Below the pieces are notes generated by a model that was given only the letters and a program-made list of their open reading frames with translations, ran no database searches and was not told where the DNA came from. From Octopus sinensis (lineage: Eukaryota), in assembly GCF_006345805.1 (NCBI RefSeq), contig NC_043011.1, positions 28,966,464 to 29,030,463 of the forward strand: 64,000 bases of DNA, read 5' to 3'. This document shows, piece by piece, positions 50,599-64,000 of the stretch (within the stretch, counting starts at the first letter, position 1; every line of letters begins with the position of its first letter). Made by a program: the position numbers and the translations under genes.

Positions 50599-52111
50599 AA
50601 AAAATATACGGGAAAAGATGGAAGGACATGGAAAGGAGGTTGAGTTTGAATGACTCGGCTTAATTCTGTACATGGTGAATTCATACGGTGTAGCCGGTGG
50701 ACTTCCCAGCCAAAGTGTTAAATTCTAAATTCTAAATAATATATCTGTTATAAACCCAAACTTGAATATCAAATTTTAAAAGGTTTTAATTGACTAAAAA
50801 TACAGCAATATACAATACAAAGATTGCCAAAATTGTAAGCAAAACCAAACTTCAACGCAATAACATTTTTATGCAGCTAGTTGCTACATTCTTGACTGAC
50901 TAAAATCAATGCTGAACATGTCATCTGCAAACAGAACAGAAGTCTGCACAGTCGCACTGCAGGCATAGCACAGCAATCGAGACAATTAAAATCACGTGAT
51001 CAAAATTAAAATCACAACATTTTTCCCCACTAAAGAGAAAAAAGAACAATTAACCAACAAAATGCAAAATACAAACATAACCATGAGTCAATCACAACGA
51101 CGTAATAGTAAGGCTTTTCATAAGCGTAACACATCATCTTTATATAAAAAACTGAAGTTGTGTGTGTGAGAGTCTGTCTCCTCCGATTTAGATTCCTAAC
51201 TACTCCCACATTTTGCGGTGCAGTTTAACCAAAAGCGGGTATCTTATAGTCGTGATTCATATCGAGCCCTTCTGGGTATTAGCGCGCGTCTATTATGAGT
51301 CTACGATGATAAAAAAATTTACCATCATTTTTTCGCATTTTTTGCTCGGTTTATATAAGGGAAGTAACTCTCTAAAAATGCTTATATAGTTATTTCCCTT
51401 AGTCTTTTTTACATTTTTAATGCATTTTTGTTGATCAGCTGATCATTCATGCATAATTTTGCACGACTGCACGCTGACGTCATCTTGGAATATCGATTTT
51501 TCTCTTACATGCATTCGCATGCAATTTAAACTCAAATTCGCTGACGCACTGCTTAAATGTTTTCATACTGTTGTGTTTATTAAATGTGTGAAATTGAAGC
51601 GTTCCCTGAAAAAAATCAACATATTTTGATGGATAAAAATAAATTAGTAAAATTTAGGAAGAAAACCTGCATCTTTTTCAACTTATGACGATAAAAAAGT
51701 CTTAAAAATTGCAAAAAGATTGAATTATTCTTTTCATCGAAAATGTTGAAAGGCTCAATCATTCGTAAGTTATTATATTTTAACTTATTCTTGACTCGAC
51801 TGAATAAAAAACCAGGTATTTTTTATAAATGAATCAGGAGCTTAGGAAATGCCCCTGCTTAATTCAAATCAAAAATATAGAAATTTTGTTATAATGATTT
51901 GACTGAAAATTACAAGAATTGGTGTCTGACTGACTTATTAAAACCAATGTATTTTATTTTAAGATTTTATTGTTCAATTTCTACTATTCGTTACTGTTAT
52001 GCCGAAAAGAAAAAGAACAGTTTTGACATTAACAAAGATGCAGCTCCAAAATAAAAGGCAGCTTAGAGCTGAATCTTCCCTTCAAAGACAGTCACAGATT
52101 GCTCTGCTGAA

Positions 52112-54148
52112 GTGAGGGCTGTGGCCATCGATGAGGGTTGTTTGAATAAAACAGATAGTAACAATGATTTCAATGCACTTGCACATGCATTTGAAAGATC
52201 TACCGATGTTTTACTTCCAGACATCGGTAATACTCCTTCCAGTTCACGTGTGTGTAGTGTTGTGAGTGAACAAGAACATAAACAAAAGCTTGCAAAGAAA
52301 GCAAAGGCCAAAGCTGCTGCTCGAGCTGCAGAGAGTGAAGTTGCATGCTCACTTCGACAAAAGAAAGATACTGTGGCCAAAGCGGCTGCTCGGGCTTCAG
52401 AAAGTGAAATGCAGCGTTGTAATCCACTAAGAAGAAAAGCTACAGTCAACGCAAATGCAAGAGCTTCAGAAAATGATATCCAGTGTCAGCTTTGACTGAA
52501 TAAAAACGCTGAAGCAACTGCAAATGTAAGAGCTTCAGAGACGACAGATGATCGCCTCAATAGACTGGGAGAAGGTATTCAATATAAAAGCAGAATACAG
52601 GACATAAGTAGGGCATCTAAAACAAGATGGTCAATGAAGGCTTTTAATTATTACCCAAACAACAATTTTGCCTCGCAAAAGGATTTTCAAATAGGCTCAA
52701 TGAATAAAATATGTAGGTTTTGCAAAGCAAAAAAATGGTGTGGGGAGCCAATAGGAATATGTTGCTCTAATGGTAAGGTAAATTTACCAGCTATCCGCGA
52801 TCCACCTCAGCCATTAAGACTTCTTCTTACAGGTACTCATTCGCTATCAAGGGGAGGGGGTTTCTTAAGGACATCCGATATTATAATTGCGCTTTTCAAA
52901 TGACATCTTTCCGATCAGATTATCAACCAAAGGGCGTATTTACACCCACGATGAAAGTCCAGGGCCAGGTTTACCATTTTATTGGACTGTTGCCGCCTGA
53001 TGCCAACAAACAGCCTCAATGTCTCCAGGTCTACTTCATGCCAGATGTTTTGCAGCAAGCTTCAAGGCTAAATTCTTGTGCCTTTCGAAATGAAGGTCAA
53101 CAAAGCTCCTCTGCAGAAAACCAGAGACCAAAAGAGTACACAATAAAAGGAGAGGAGAGACTTGGACTCATTCTCGAACTTCAAGATATGCTACATAATA
53201 ATAACAGCTACGTTCAGAGTTTTAAATATGCATTAGAAGTAGCTCCTGCAGACAACTTCTATGTTGTCATTGATGCTGATCAGCGGCCGTTTGGAGAACA
53301 TGCAGGACGCTACAACTCTCCTTCTGTTAATGAGGTTGCGATTATTCTAGCAGGTGACCCGCACGGCACACGTGATACTGTCCTCTCGCATAGTAAACAA
53401 GTTGTAAAGACTATATGTGATACACATAGGTCGTATGATGCACTTCAGTATCCCTTGCTTTTTGTTTATGGTGAAGACGGATACCATTTCGACAACGTTT
53501 CATCCAAAACAGTTTCATGTAAAGCTTTCTATTCATTTCGATTCATGATTAGAGATAACTGTTTTAATCATCTCCATCGTTCTCAAGACCTCTTCAACCA
53601 GTATGCGACTGACATGTGTGCAAAAATGGAATCAGAAAGATTGTTATTCATTAAAAATAACCAGACTAAACTGCGACGTGAAAGTTACATACACCTACGT
53701 GATGGTATGAACAATGACGTGGATCCTGAAAGTCTGGGTACAGTTAAAATTCTGCCATCCACTTTTACTGGAGGCCCTCGTTATATGCATGAGAGGGCTC
53801 ATGATGCAATGCCAATTGTTCGGAAATTCGGTAGGCCCGAGTTATTCATAACCTTCACTTGCAATCCTAAGTGGAAGGAAATTGAGGATGAACTTTCTGG
53901 TCAGACAGTCAAACACCGTTATGATCTCTCAGCGAGGGTATTTCAACTTAAGTTACTTAAGCTCATGGATCTTACCAAATTAGGTGAGGTCTTTGGTCCC
54001 GTTATAGCTGACGTGTATACAATTGAATGGCAAAAAAGAGGGCTTCCTCATGCTCCTTTTCTCATCTGGTTGGCAACGAAGGTCAATTCAAACGATATTG
54101 ACAGCATAATCTCGGCAGAGTTCCCTGATCCTTCAATCGATAAGGACT
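52112..54148 (+). pseudogene. Helitron RepHel N-terminal part (23-aa repeats, Rep motifs 1-2)
   Basis: 'PELFITFTCNPKW', 'YTIEWQKRGLPHAP' (second His of HUH mutated); stops and frameshifts. Confidence 0.9.
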
Positions 54149-54639
54149 TGTAAAGACACGGTCATAGACCATAAAACACTCAACCAAGATCTAGTTTCTA
54201 CCGAGTCTGAACCAATCAGTCAACCACCATCTCCGCCGCAGTCATCATCATCGTTCAACAATACGTCTCAAGCATTTGTCAGCCATTCCATCGTCGACAG
54301 AAAATTTGACTTAAGCTGTTAGTGTGATCCATGCACCAAGCATAACAGGCAGTCCAACTTATATAAAGTTTAAAATACATAACATAAGAAAAAAAAAAAA
54401 AATTTTCATGTTAGCACACACGCACGAGAAAAAAAAATTTTTTTTATTCTCTGTGCATACAGTACAAAAAACCAACCCTTTTTTGGTAAATTTTACACGT
54501 AGAAAAATTTTATTGGTTCAATTGCTGGTCTTGTTTTTATTTTCTATTTATTTTTTTTCCTTTTGCGTCAGTTCAACTTTCATTCGTTGTTATTTTCCTT
54601 TCCTTTGACAGTCATCTATTAAAATTAAAAAACAACAAA

Positions 54640-57365
54640 ATGTCTATGGCATCATTACCCATTTTCACAGGAGATGCAACACTTTGGTTTGCACAACAGG
54701 AGGCATATTTTTGTGCACATAGTGTTTCTTCTGAGCAGCAGTTGCAAATCCTTTATAGTTGTATGCTTCCTCAACTTGCAACTACTGCCAGAGATCTTAT
54801 TACAGATCCTTGCCCAGACGCCACTTATGTGTTTGTTAAGTTAGAAATATTAAGAAGAAACACTAGAAGCGAGAAAAGTCGTTTCAACGAATTGATGACA
54901 GATGAAGAGTTAGGAGATAGAACTCCTTTAGAATTTTTATGACGGTTGAGAGAGTTAAGTGGTAAATCTGCTGACGCTCCTCTACTTCGAAAAATTTCTT
55001 TTCAAGGTTGCCTTCTAACATACAAACTATTTTGGCAACTGCTCGAGTCCAATACTGTGGACCAAATAGCAACCATGGCTGACAAAATAGTTGAATTTAC
55101 CATGCAACCATCATCACGTGCTGCTTGTGTCTGCTCTGAAACATCTTCTGCAGCCTCAATTGATGGCCTTACTAAACAAATAGAAAGTCTTACCAAAAGG
55201 ATGAATGCGATGGCAAGCGATTTTCAAGATCTCGTAGTCGTAGCCGTTCTTCATCTCGTTCAACACAGTCAAAGTCCAGACTGTGTTGGTATCACTCCAA
55301 ATTTGGAGAGAAAGCTCATTCGTGCATACAGCCATGAACCTATAAAGATTTAAACTAGCTTCGGAGGAGTTGAGCACGTCAACTTCCTCCACATCGTTTG
55401 CTAGTTATCGTGCATTTTTTGTTAAAGATCTAGTGTCGAAAAAATTCTTCATGGTAGACACTGGTTCTTGTTGCAGCATTTGGCCTCTGCGTCTCACAAC
55501 CAACAGGCCAAAATGAGCTACTGTTACTTTGCACGCTATTGACTCGTCACCAATAGCCACATTTAGGCAGATTTCTTTACGCCTCGACATAAATCTTCGA
55601 GATTTTCAGTGGGTTTTTGTGTGCGGATTTTCTAAATAACTTTGTTCTATTGGTAGATGTAAGGAATCGGAGGCTAGTCTACAGTTCGGCTACACTCTCC
55701 ACGCCGACCAGAGAATCTACCGATTCAGCTCTTAGCCCGACGTTTTTTGTTGCTACATCTGGAGATGTTTTTCATTCTCTTTTGGCTTCTTTTTCAGAGC
55801 TACCCGATATTACTTTTAATATGGCAAAACCCGTACACTCCACACTCCATTTCATTCCAAGTACTGGACTGCCTGTTTTTTCGCGCCCACGGCGTCTTGC
55901 ACCTGACCGTTTTAAAACAGCTAGGGCTGAGTTTGAGCATATGCTCCAGCTTGGTCTGATACGCCCATCCACCAGCTCATGGGCATCACTCCTTCATTTA
56001 GTTCGAAAAGGGGATACAGATTTTCGCCCGGTGGGAGATTATCGGCGTCTAAATTCTGTGACGATTCCTGATAGATATCCAATAAGGTATCTTCAGGATT
56101 TTTCAGCGAATATTCATGGCTGTACCATTTTTTCTAAGGTTGACCTCATACGTGCTTATCAAATACTGGTCAACCCAGACGATGTTCTTAAAACAGCAAT
56201 TACCACTCCTTTTGGTTGTTTCAAATTTCTATACATGAGTTTTTGTTTGCGGAACGCCACTAGTACGTTCCAACGTTTTATAGATGAAGTTGTTCGTGGA
56301 CTTAATTTTGTTTTTGCGTATGTCGATGATATCCTCATCGCAAGTGATACGCATGAAAATCATCTCCAGCACTTGTCTCAGCTTTTTCAGCGTCTTCGCG
56401 ACTATGGTGTTCGCATTAATCCAGACAAGTGTGCTTTTGGGCAATCATCATTGGTCGGACCGTGGCTTGTGAGTCACGGTTTCTCATATATTTTAACTTG
56501 TATCGATCGTTTCTTACGTTGGCCGGAAGCTATTCCTATAGCAGACATTTCTGCTGAAACTGTTGCAAAAGCTTTCGTGTCTAACTGGATTTCTAGGTTT
56601 GGTGTACCGTCCAGTTTAACCACAGATCGTGGCTGACAATTCGAAGCTGTTTTATTTCGTGAGTTATCACGAATCCTGGGGATGTATCATATACGCACCA
56701 CTAGTTACCATCCCGCTTCTAATGGGATGGTGGAGCGTTTCCACAGGCAACTTAAGGCCGCATTGCATGCCTCGCCGAATCCACAGTCGTGGACTGAATT
56801 TCTTCCTATCGTCCTGCGATTAAAGCAGACCTTGGTTTTTCTTCTGCCGAGCTCTTGTATGGTACCAGACAAGTCAGTCTCTTAATTTAGAGTCTTATGT
56901 TGCTCGACTACGCAGATATTTTTCTGCCCTTCCTCCTATGGGCCCCCGACACCAAAATCCTCCTTCTAATGTGCCATGAGATCTTGATTCTTGGACACAT
57001 GTTTTTGTTCGTGATGATTCTGTCAAAGGACCTCTTGTTTCTCCCTATAAAGGACCTTTTCGTGTGATTTCCTGCATGCCGAAAGTATTCAAACTTGACA
57101 CTAATGGTCGTTCGGAGACCGTCTTAAAAGGGCATATTTTGAGGTGTCCACAACCATCTTTGAACCTTCATATGCACCTTTGACAACATCACCATTTACA
57201 CATGCACCTTTATCAACACCAACATCTACACATGCACCTTTATCAACACCAACATCGGCAACACCACCTTCGTCATCGCAGCCCGCCTCGAACAAACCTT
57301 ATGTTACGAGGTCAGGCAGAACTGTTCACTGGCCAAAGAAACTTTCAAAGACTATTTATGTTTGA
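54640..57365 (+). pseudogene. Gypsy gag-pol (gag, protease 'FMVDTGS', RT 'YVDDILIAS', integrase core); RNase H deleted
   Basis: ORFs 54640-54942, 54946-55353, 55617-56636 and 56682-56885. Confidence 0.9.
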
Positions 57366-57591
57366 CATTCTCAATTGTGTTCCCAGTGACAGCTACGATA
57401 CTTATTGAACTTTGTTCATTTGAGTATCTTTTTTCCTTTTGGTGCATTCTTATTTATATTGTAAATTTTGTTTTGATTTGTCATATTGTGTGCCATACAT
57501 TTTTTTTTTTTGGTGATTTGGTAAACACCTTATTTTCTAAAGCCACTACAAGGAATTTTGTTTTGTGCTTCCGCACTCGAGGGGAAGCCTT

Positions 57592-57731
57592 TGTAGTGAC
57601 GTCATTTTCCAGTGTGCGTGTGCGGGGCTGGAACCTTCTGGAAAGGCCTAAGGAAGTTCCCTCATGCACATGCGCTGTAAAGGAACTGGTTGTGTCTTTA
57701 CACACGCACACTGGAAAATGACGGCACTACT
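57592..57731. repeat. Central fusion of two truncated LTRs (57592-57675 +; 57676-57731 -), each preceded by a polypurine tract
   Basis: PPT GAGGGGAAG at 57579-57587 then TGTAGTGAC; mirror PPT at ~57733-57745(-). Confidence 0.8.
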
Positions 57732-57959
57732 AAGGCTCCCCCTCGAGTGCGGAAGCACGAAACAAAATTCCTTGTCGTGGTTTCAGAAAATAAGGTGGTT
57801 ACCAAATCACTAAAAAAAAAAAAATGTATGGCACACAATATGACAAATCAAAACAAAATTTACAATATAAATAAGAATGCACCAAAAGGAATAAAAAATA
57901 CTCAAATGAACAAAGTTCAATAAGTATCGTAACTGTCACTGGGAACACAATTGAGAATG

Positions 57960-60305
57960 TCAAACATATATAGTCTTTGAAAGTTTCTTTGGCCAGTGAA
58001 CAGTTCTGCCTGACCTCGTAACATAAGGTTTGTTCGAGGCGGGCTGCGATGACGAAGGTGGTGTTGCCGATGTTGGTGTTGATAAAGGTGCATATGTAAA
58101 TGGTGGTGTTGTCAAAGGTGCATGTGAAGGTTCAACGATGGTTGTGGCAGTGGTGTCATCAACAGATGTGGACACCTCAAAATATGCCCTTTTAAGACGA
58201 TCTACGGTCTCCAAACGACCATTAATGTCAAGTTTTAATACTTTCGGCGTGCGGGAAATCATACGAAAAGGTCCTTTATAAGGAAAAACAAGAGGTTCTT
58301 TGACAGAATCATCACGAACAAAAACATGTGTCCAAGGATCAAGATCTCATGGCACATTAGGATTTTGGTGTCGGGGGCCCATAGGAGGAAGGGCAGAAAA
58401 ATATCTGCATAGTCGAGCAACATAAGACTAAATTAAGAGACTGTGACTTGTCTGGCACCAACATCGTACCAAGCAATGCCAGTGTGGTACCATACAAGAG
58501 CTCGGCAGAAGAAAAACCAAGGTCTGCTTTAATTGCAGTCCGATAGGAAGAAATTCAGTCCACGACTGTGGATTCGGCAAGGCACGCAACGCGGCCTTAA
58601 GTTGCCTGTGGAAACGCTCCACCATCGCATTAGAAGCGGGATGATAACTAGTGGTGCGTATATGATGCATCCCCAGGATTCGTGATAACTCACGAAATAA
58701 AACAGCTTCGAATTGTCGACCACGATCTGTGGTTAAACTGGACGGTACACCAAACCTAGAAATCCAGTTAGACACGAAAGCTTTTGCAACAGTTTCAGCA
58801 GAAATGTCTGCTATAGGAATAGCTTCCGGCCAACATGAGAAATGATCGATAGAAGTTAAAATATATGAGAAACCGTGACTTACAGGCCATGGTGCAACCA
58901 AATCAAGGTGGACATGGTGAAAACAGGCCTCAGGAGAAGAAAACTGTCCAAGTGGAGCACGAACGTGTCTATGGACTTTAGCACTCAGGCACCTCAAACA
59001 AGAGTGTGCCCAAGAGGTAATCGATCGTCGCATATTGGGCCAGAAGAACAGAGCAGTAACAAGCTTTACTGTGGCAGAGATACCCGATGTGACAGAACGT
59101 TGATGTTTTGTACGGGTTTTGCCATTTTAAAAGTAATATCGAGTAGCTCTGAAAAAGAAGCCAAAAGAGAATGAAAAACATCTCCAGATGTAGCAACAAA
59201 AAACGTCGGGCTAAGAGCTGAATCGGTAGATTCTCTGGTCGGCGTGGAGAGTGTAGCCGAACTGTAGACTAGCCTCCGATTCCTTACATCTACCAATAGA
59301 ACAAAGTTATTTAGAAAATCCGCACACAAAAACCCACTGAAAATCTCAAAGATTTATGTCGAGGCGTAAAGAAATCTGCCCAAATGTGGCTATTGGTGAC
59401 GAGTCAATAGCGTGCAAAGTAACAGTAGCTCATTTTGGCCTGTTGGTTGTGAGACGCAGAGGCCAAATGCTGCAACAAGAACCAGTGTCTACCATGAAGA
59501 ATTTTTTCGACACTAGATCTTTAACAAAAAATGCACGATAACTAGCAAACGATGTGGAGGAAGTTGACGTGCTCAACTCCTCCAAAGCTAGTTTAAATCT
59601 TTATAGGTGCATGGCTGTATGCACTAATGAGCTTTCTCTCCAAATTTGGAGTGATACCAACACAGTCTGGACTTTGACTGTGTTGAACGAGATGAAGAAC
59701 GGCTACGACTACGCAATCTTGAAAATCGCTTGCCATCGCGTTCATCCTTTTGGTAAGACTTTCTATTTGTTTAGTAAGGCCATCAATTGAGGCTGCAGAT
59801 GTTTCAGAGCAGACACAAGCAGCACGTGACGATGGTTGCACGGTAAATTCAACTATTTTGTCAGCCATGGTTGCTATTTGGTCCACAGTATTGAACTCAA
59901 GAGCAGTTGCCAAAATAGTTTGTATGTTAGAAGGCAACCTTGAAAAGAAATTTTTTGAAGTAGAGGAGCGTCAGCAGATTTACCACTTAACTCTCTCAAC
60001 CGTCATAAAAATTCTAAAGGAGTTCTATCTCCTAACTCTTCGTCTGTCATCAATTCGTTGAAACGACTTTTCTCGCTTCTAGTGTTTCTTCTTAATATTT
60101 CTAACTTAACAAACACATAAGTGGCGTCTGGGCAAGGATCTGTAATAAGATCTCTGGCAGTAGTTGCAAGTTGAGGAAGCATACAACTATAAAGGATTTG
60201 CAACTGCTGCTCAGAAGAAACACTATGTGCACAAAAATATGCCTCCTGTTGTGCAAACCAAAGTGTTGCATCCCCTGTGATAATGGGTAATGATGCCATA
60301 GACAT
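57960..60305 (-). pseudogene. Gypsy gag-pol second copy (gag, protease, integrase with part of the HHCC finger); RT and RNase H deleted
   Basis: ORFs 60003-60305, 59593-59937, 59066-59329 and 58428-59033 ('[12 protein letters not shown]'). Confidence 0.9.
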
Positions 60306-60746
60306 TTTGTTGTTTTTTAATTTTAATAGATGACTGTCAAAGGAAAGGAAAATAACAACGAATGAAAGTTGAACTGACGCAAAAGGAAAAAAAATAAATA
60401 GAAAATAAAAACAAGACCAGCAATTGAACCAATAAAATTTTTCTACATGTACAATTTACCAAAAAAGTTGTTTTTTTTCTTGTGCGTGTGTGCTAACATG
60501 AAAATTTTCATTATTTTTTTTATGTATTTTAAACTTTATATAAGTTGGACTGCCCGTTATGCTTGGTGCACGGATCACACTAACAGCTTAAGTCAAATTT
60601 TCTATCGACGATGGAATGGCTGACAAATGCTTGAGACGAATTGTTGAACGATGATGATGACTGCGGTGGAGATGGTGGTCGACAGATTGGTTCAGACTCG
60701 GTAGAAACTAGATCTTGGTTGAGTGTTTTATGGTCTATGACCAGAC

Positions 60747-60758
60747 TCGGGGTCACCA
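60747..60758 (-). other. Primer-binding site, tRNA-Trp type
   Basis: TGGTGACCCCGA lies 1 nt after the LTR end and matches the first 12 nt of the known tRNA-Trp PBS (TGGTGACCCCGACGTGAT). Confidence 0.75.
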
Positions 60759-60759
60759 C

Positions 60760-61203
60760 TGTAAAGGAACTGGTTGTGTCTTTACACTGTTTGGGTGCAA
60801 TGCAATTTCCTTTTTTGCTTCCAGAAACTACCAGTCAGGAACAAGAAAGCAACCTTGAAAAATATATGACTATTTTCTTATTTACAAAAAGAAGGCACGT
60901 TGGTATATTGGTAACCACTGGGTGTCGGTACAGCAAGGCTGAAGTTTAACACTTGTAAGATAAACCTCACAACAAATTCAGCAACAGAGCAGGTCAAATC
61001 CCAAGCGTCTGGGACAGGAGAATAGGCTAATCACACGTTTAAACACGTCCTCTCTCTTCAATAGCCATGTCTCAAGTCACTGATGCTAACAAGGAATGCA
61101 ATAGAATGTTTTTCCCCAGTTTTTAGCGCATGTGCATGAGGGAACTTCCTTAAGCCTTTCCAGGTTCCAGCCCCACACACACTGGAAAATGGACGTCACT
61201 ACA
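60760..61203 (-). repeat. Full 5' LTR (444 bp) of the minus-strand Gypsy copy
   Basis: TGTAGTGACG...CCTTTACA; the start matches the partial LTR at 57592. Confidence 0.85.
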
Positions 61204-63791
61204 GACTTGTACATGAAAGTTAAGGGTCATATGGTGCACGGTCCATGTGGGCCTGGTTTAAGAACTGATTTACCATGCGTTTCAGGCAATAAGAGATGTA
61301 CCAAAACATTTCCACGCCCTTTCGTCTGTGAAACTCAGACTGACACTGACAGCTACTCTTTGTACAGACATAGGCGCTCTGAAGATGGAGGTTTTACGGC
61401 CATTGTTAATGGTTACGAGGCTGACAACGGATGGGTTATTCCATATTGTCCATTTTTGTAGTTCTGTTAGGTGCATCCAATATATATGTAAGTACATAAC
61501 TAAGGGCTCCGACGCAGCTTCATTTACTCTATGTGGCGGGGACAGTAGAGACGAAGTGACGCAATATCAAGTTGGGCGCTACGTAAGTAGTAGTAAGGCC
61601 TTCTGGCGATTCTTTGGCTTCCCTATTCATGAAAGGCATCCTGCAATCATACACTTAGCCGTTCACCTCGAAAATGGTCAAAGGATGTATTATACACGTG
61701 AGAATGCTTCCTTTTTAGCAGAAACCCCTCGAGAGACAACGTTAACAGGGTTCTTCAAATTGTGTCAGAAAGATGATTTCACGAAAACATTGTTTTACAA
61801 TCAAGTTCCGTCATACTATACATGGGATAACAAAGAATAGAGTCGTCGAAAAAACGGCCAACCATTAGATGGTCAATCGGATATCAAGTTCAGATCTTCT
61901 TTGGGCAGAGAGTACACGGTTCCTCCAAATCAACATGAATGCTTTTATCTACGCATGCTACTTCATGAGGTAACAGGACCCACTTCATTTGAAGACCTAA
62001 AAACTATCGACAATCATGTCTATCCTACATTCCGAGAAGCCTGTCTGGCGTGTGGTATGCTAGAAGACGACTCACGATGGGACGCAACTTTGGTGGAGAT
62101 TGCTTTATCACATTCAGCTGGAACTGCGCGAGAACTGTTCGCAAAACTTCTTATACATTGCAACATAAGTGATCCGAACACGCTATGGCTGAAGTTTCGC
62201 AACCAATTGACAGAAGATTTCTTGCATCAGGCTCAGCAACAACTTCCTCATTTAGAAGTCGTCTTTATTGATGACATTTACAATCAGGCACTCATTGACA
62301 TAGAAAATAGGCTTTTACTTATGGGTGGCGCTGTTTTACCATCATACGGACTTCCACAAACTCATCAGACTGACTCTGAAGGTATTCCAACCTTCATCAT
62401 CCAGGAAACTTCTTATGATATCGATGCCCTATCAAAACAGGTTCTTGAAATGGAACCAAAATTACTTGCAGATCAATTGTCAGCGTACAACACAGTTGTT
62501 AACAACGTTTTCAGTCAATGTGGTGGCATTTTTTTCCTTGATGCTCCCGGATGTACCGGCAAAACATTTGTCACTAAATTATTTTTGGCAAAAGTTCGAC
62601 AAAATAAACTTATTGCAATAGCTGTAGCTTCATCAGGTATTGCTGCAACCCTTCTTCCTGGTGGCAGGACAGCACATTCAACTTTTAAGCTTCCCCTTAA
62701 TTTAACCTCCAGTGAAACTCCTACTTGTGACATTAAGAAGGTGTAGACTCATCATTTGGGATGAATGCACAATGGCCCACAAAGGAGCTATAGAGGCCCT
62801 CGACAGGACTCTACAAGACGTAAGAGACTGTCCACAAAGTATGGGGGGGGGGGCCTAACAGTATTGTTTTCTGGGGACTTTCGACAAATTTTGTCAGTAA
62901 TTCCAAAGGGCACAAGAGCGGATCAGGTTCGGGCATGCTTGAAATCTTTTTCATTGTGGTCACAAGTAACAACACTCAGATTAACCACAAACATGCGTGT
63001 TCGATTACATGGAGACATTGAACATGAAAAGTTCGCTGAAAATCTTCTTTTGAGTGACGGTAGGGTACCAACAAGACCATATTTCAATTCAGCATATGTG
63101 TTCCCTGGTTGGTAGTATCAATGATCTTAAATCGGCTGTTTTTCCACAATTGCCTGAAAATTTCCTCAATCATGCATGGCTTTGTGAAAGAGCTACCTTA
63201 GCACCTACAAACGTGACCGTCTCTGCAATCAATCGGCAATTGCTTGAAACACTTCCGGGAAATTCTATGGTTTTTAAATCAATTGATTCAAACGTTGACC
63301 CCTATGATGCTGTTAAATACCCTATTGAATTTCTTAATTCATTGGATCCTCCTGGTTTTCCTCCACACATGTTGTACCTCAAAGCAGGATGTCCTATCAT
63401 ACTTATCAGAAATATAACTCCACCTAAACTTTGCAATGGTACTCACCTTGTTGTGAATTGAATGTCAAATCACATCATTCATGCAACAATCATGTCTGGC
63501 TGTGGAAAAGGAGAGGAAGTTGTTATACCAAGGGTTACTCTTACAATTCCGGGCGCTGATACACTGTACTCTTTCAAAAGGACGCAATTTCCACTCCGTT
63601 TAGCTTTTGCAATGTCGATTAATAAATCTTAGGGTCTGACGTTAAACGTTGCAGGGCTGCATCTTGGAGATCATTGTTTTTTCACACGGCCAACTATACG
63701 TTGGATGTTCTCGAGTCGGCAGTAAAAACAAACTCTTCGCATTTGCTCCAAACAGGACAACAAAAAAAATTGTGTATGCAGAGGTTTTGTA
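61204..63791 (+). pseudogene. Helitron RepHel C-terminal part (Rep motif 3 region plus PIF1-like helicase)
   Basis: 'MVHGPCG', 'CKYITKG', 'LDAPGCTGKTF', 'ASSGIAATLLPGGRTAHS', 'GDFRQIL', 'LCNGT', 'QFPLRLAFAMSINKS'. Confidence 0.92.
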
Positions 63792-64000
63792 GATGATGTG
63801 GTCTCAAGTTTAAATCAAATGCAACCTTTCAAATCAGACAATTCAATCAATTGGATTCTGCGCCTTCACAAGATGCAATACAATTCTTCATTACAATGTC
63901 GGTCATATAATTATTGGTTGAATTATTCATTTGGATGTTTTGTTCTACAAAACTTAATATAAAAATGGACCGTCAATATCTTTTTTCTGGGAAAAATTTC

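Larger units (their letters stand above)
54149..61203. mobile_element. Inverted-dimer Ty3/Gypsy LTR retrotransposon composite, TG...CA, 4-bp TSD GACT
   Basis: GACT at 54145-54148 and 61204-61207; removal restores Helitron 'DKDLYMK'. Confidence 0.85.
51137..64000 (+). mobile_element. Formerly autonomous Helitron (family 2), split by a Gypsy insertion; 3' end lies outside the window
   Basis: 5' TC terminus TCTTTATATAAAAA at 51137 is shared with the MITE at 11905-12702; RepHel coding region ~52063-54148 and 61204-63791. Confidence 0.88.

Noticed and set aside
47400-51136. Downstream remainder of the disrupted U1 gene
   Set aside because: No U1 body was found after the array. The array's 3' end is truncated, so the 3' flank of the original insertion cannot be verified in this window.

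Overview
This is an AT-rich, microsatellite-rich metazoan repeat region. The SINE families resemble those of cephalopods (Octopus-like); that is inference only. No host protein-coding gene is supported. The centre is a U1 snRNA cluster: one gene at 14761-14924 (+) and two identical genes (18617-18780 +, 21521-21684 -) in a ~4 kb palindrome. A fourth U1 upstream region (~29532-29990) runs straight into a ~17.4 kb head-to-tail array of six decayed Tx1/L1-clade LINE copies (B-G) instead of a U1 gene. Two inter-copy junctions read 'element 3' end AAAGATTTT + first ~15-17 nt of U1 + next element 5'UTR'. This points to a U1-snRNA-5'-end-targeting non-LTR retrotransposon that lands under the U1 promoter and stacks in tandem. 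The elements also carry perfect U1-complementary sites and an unannotated ORF1 C-terminal domain. The remainder consists of SINEs, RTE fragments, Merlin-type MITEs plus a transposase fragment, non-autonomous and autonomous Helitrons, and an inverted-dimer Gypsy element inserted in a Helitron with a single 4-bp TSD. All retroelement and Helitron ORFs are broken. Element boundaries are approximate unless a junction is quoted.
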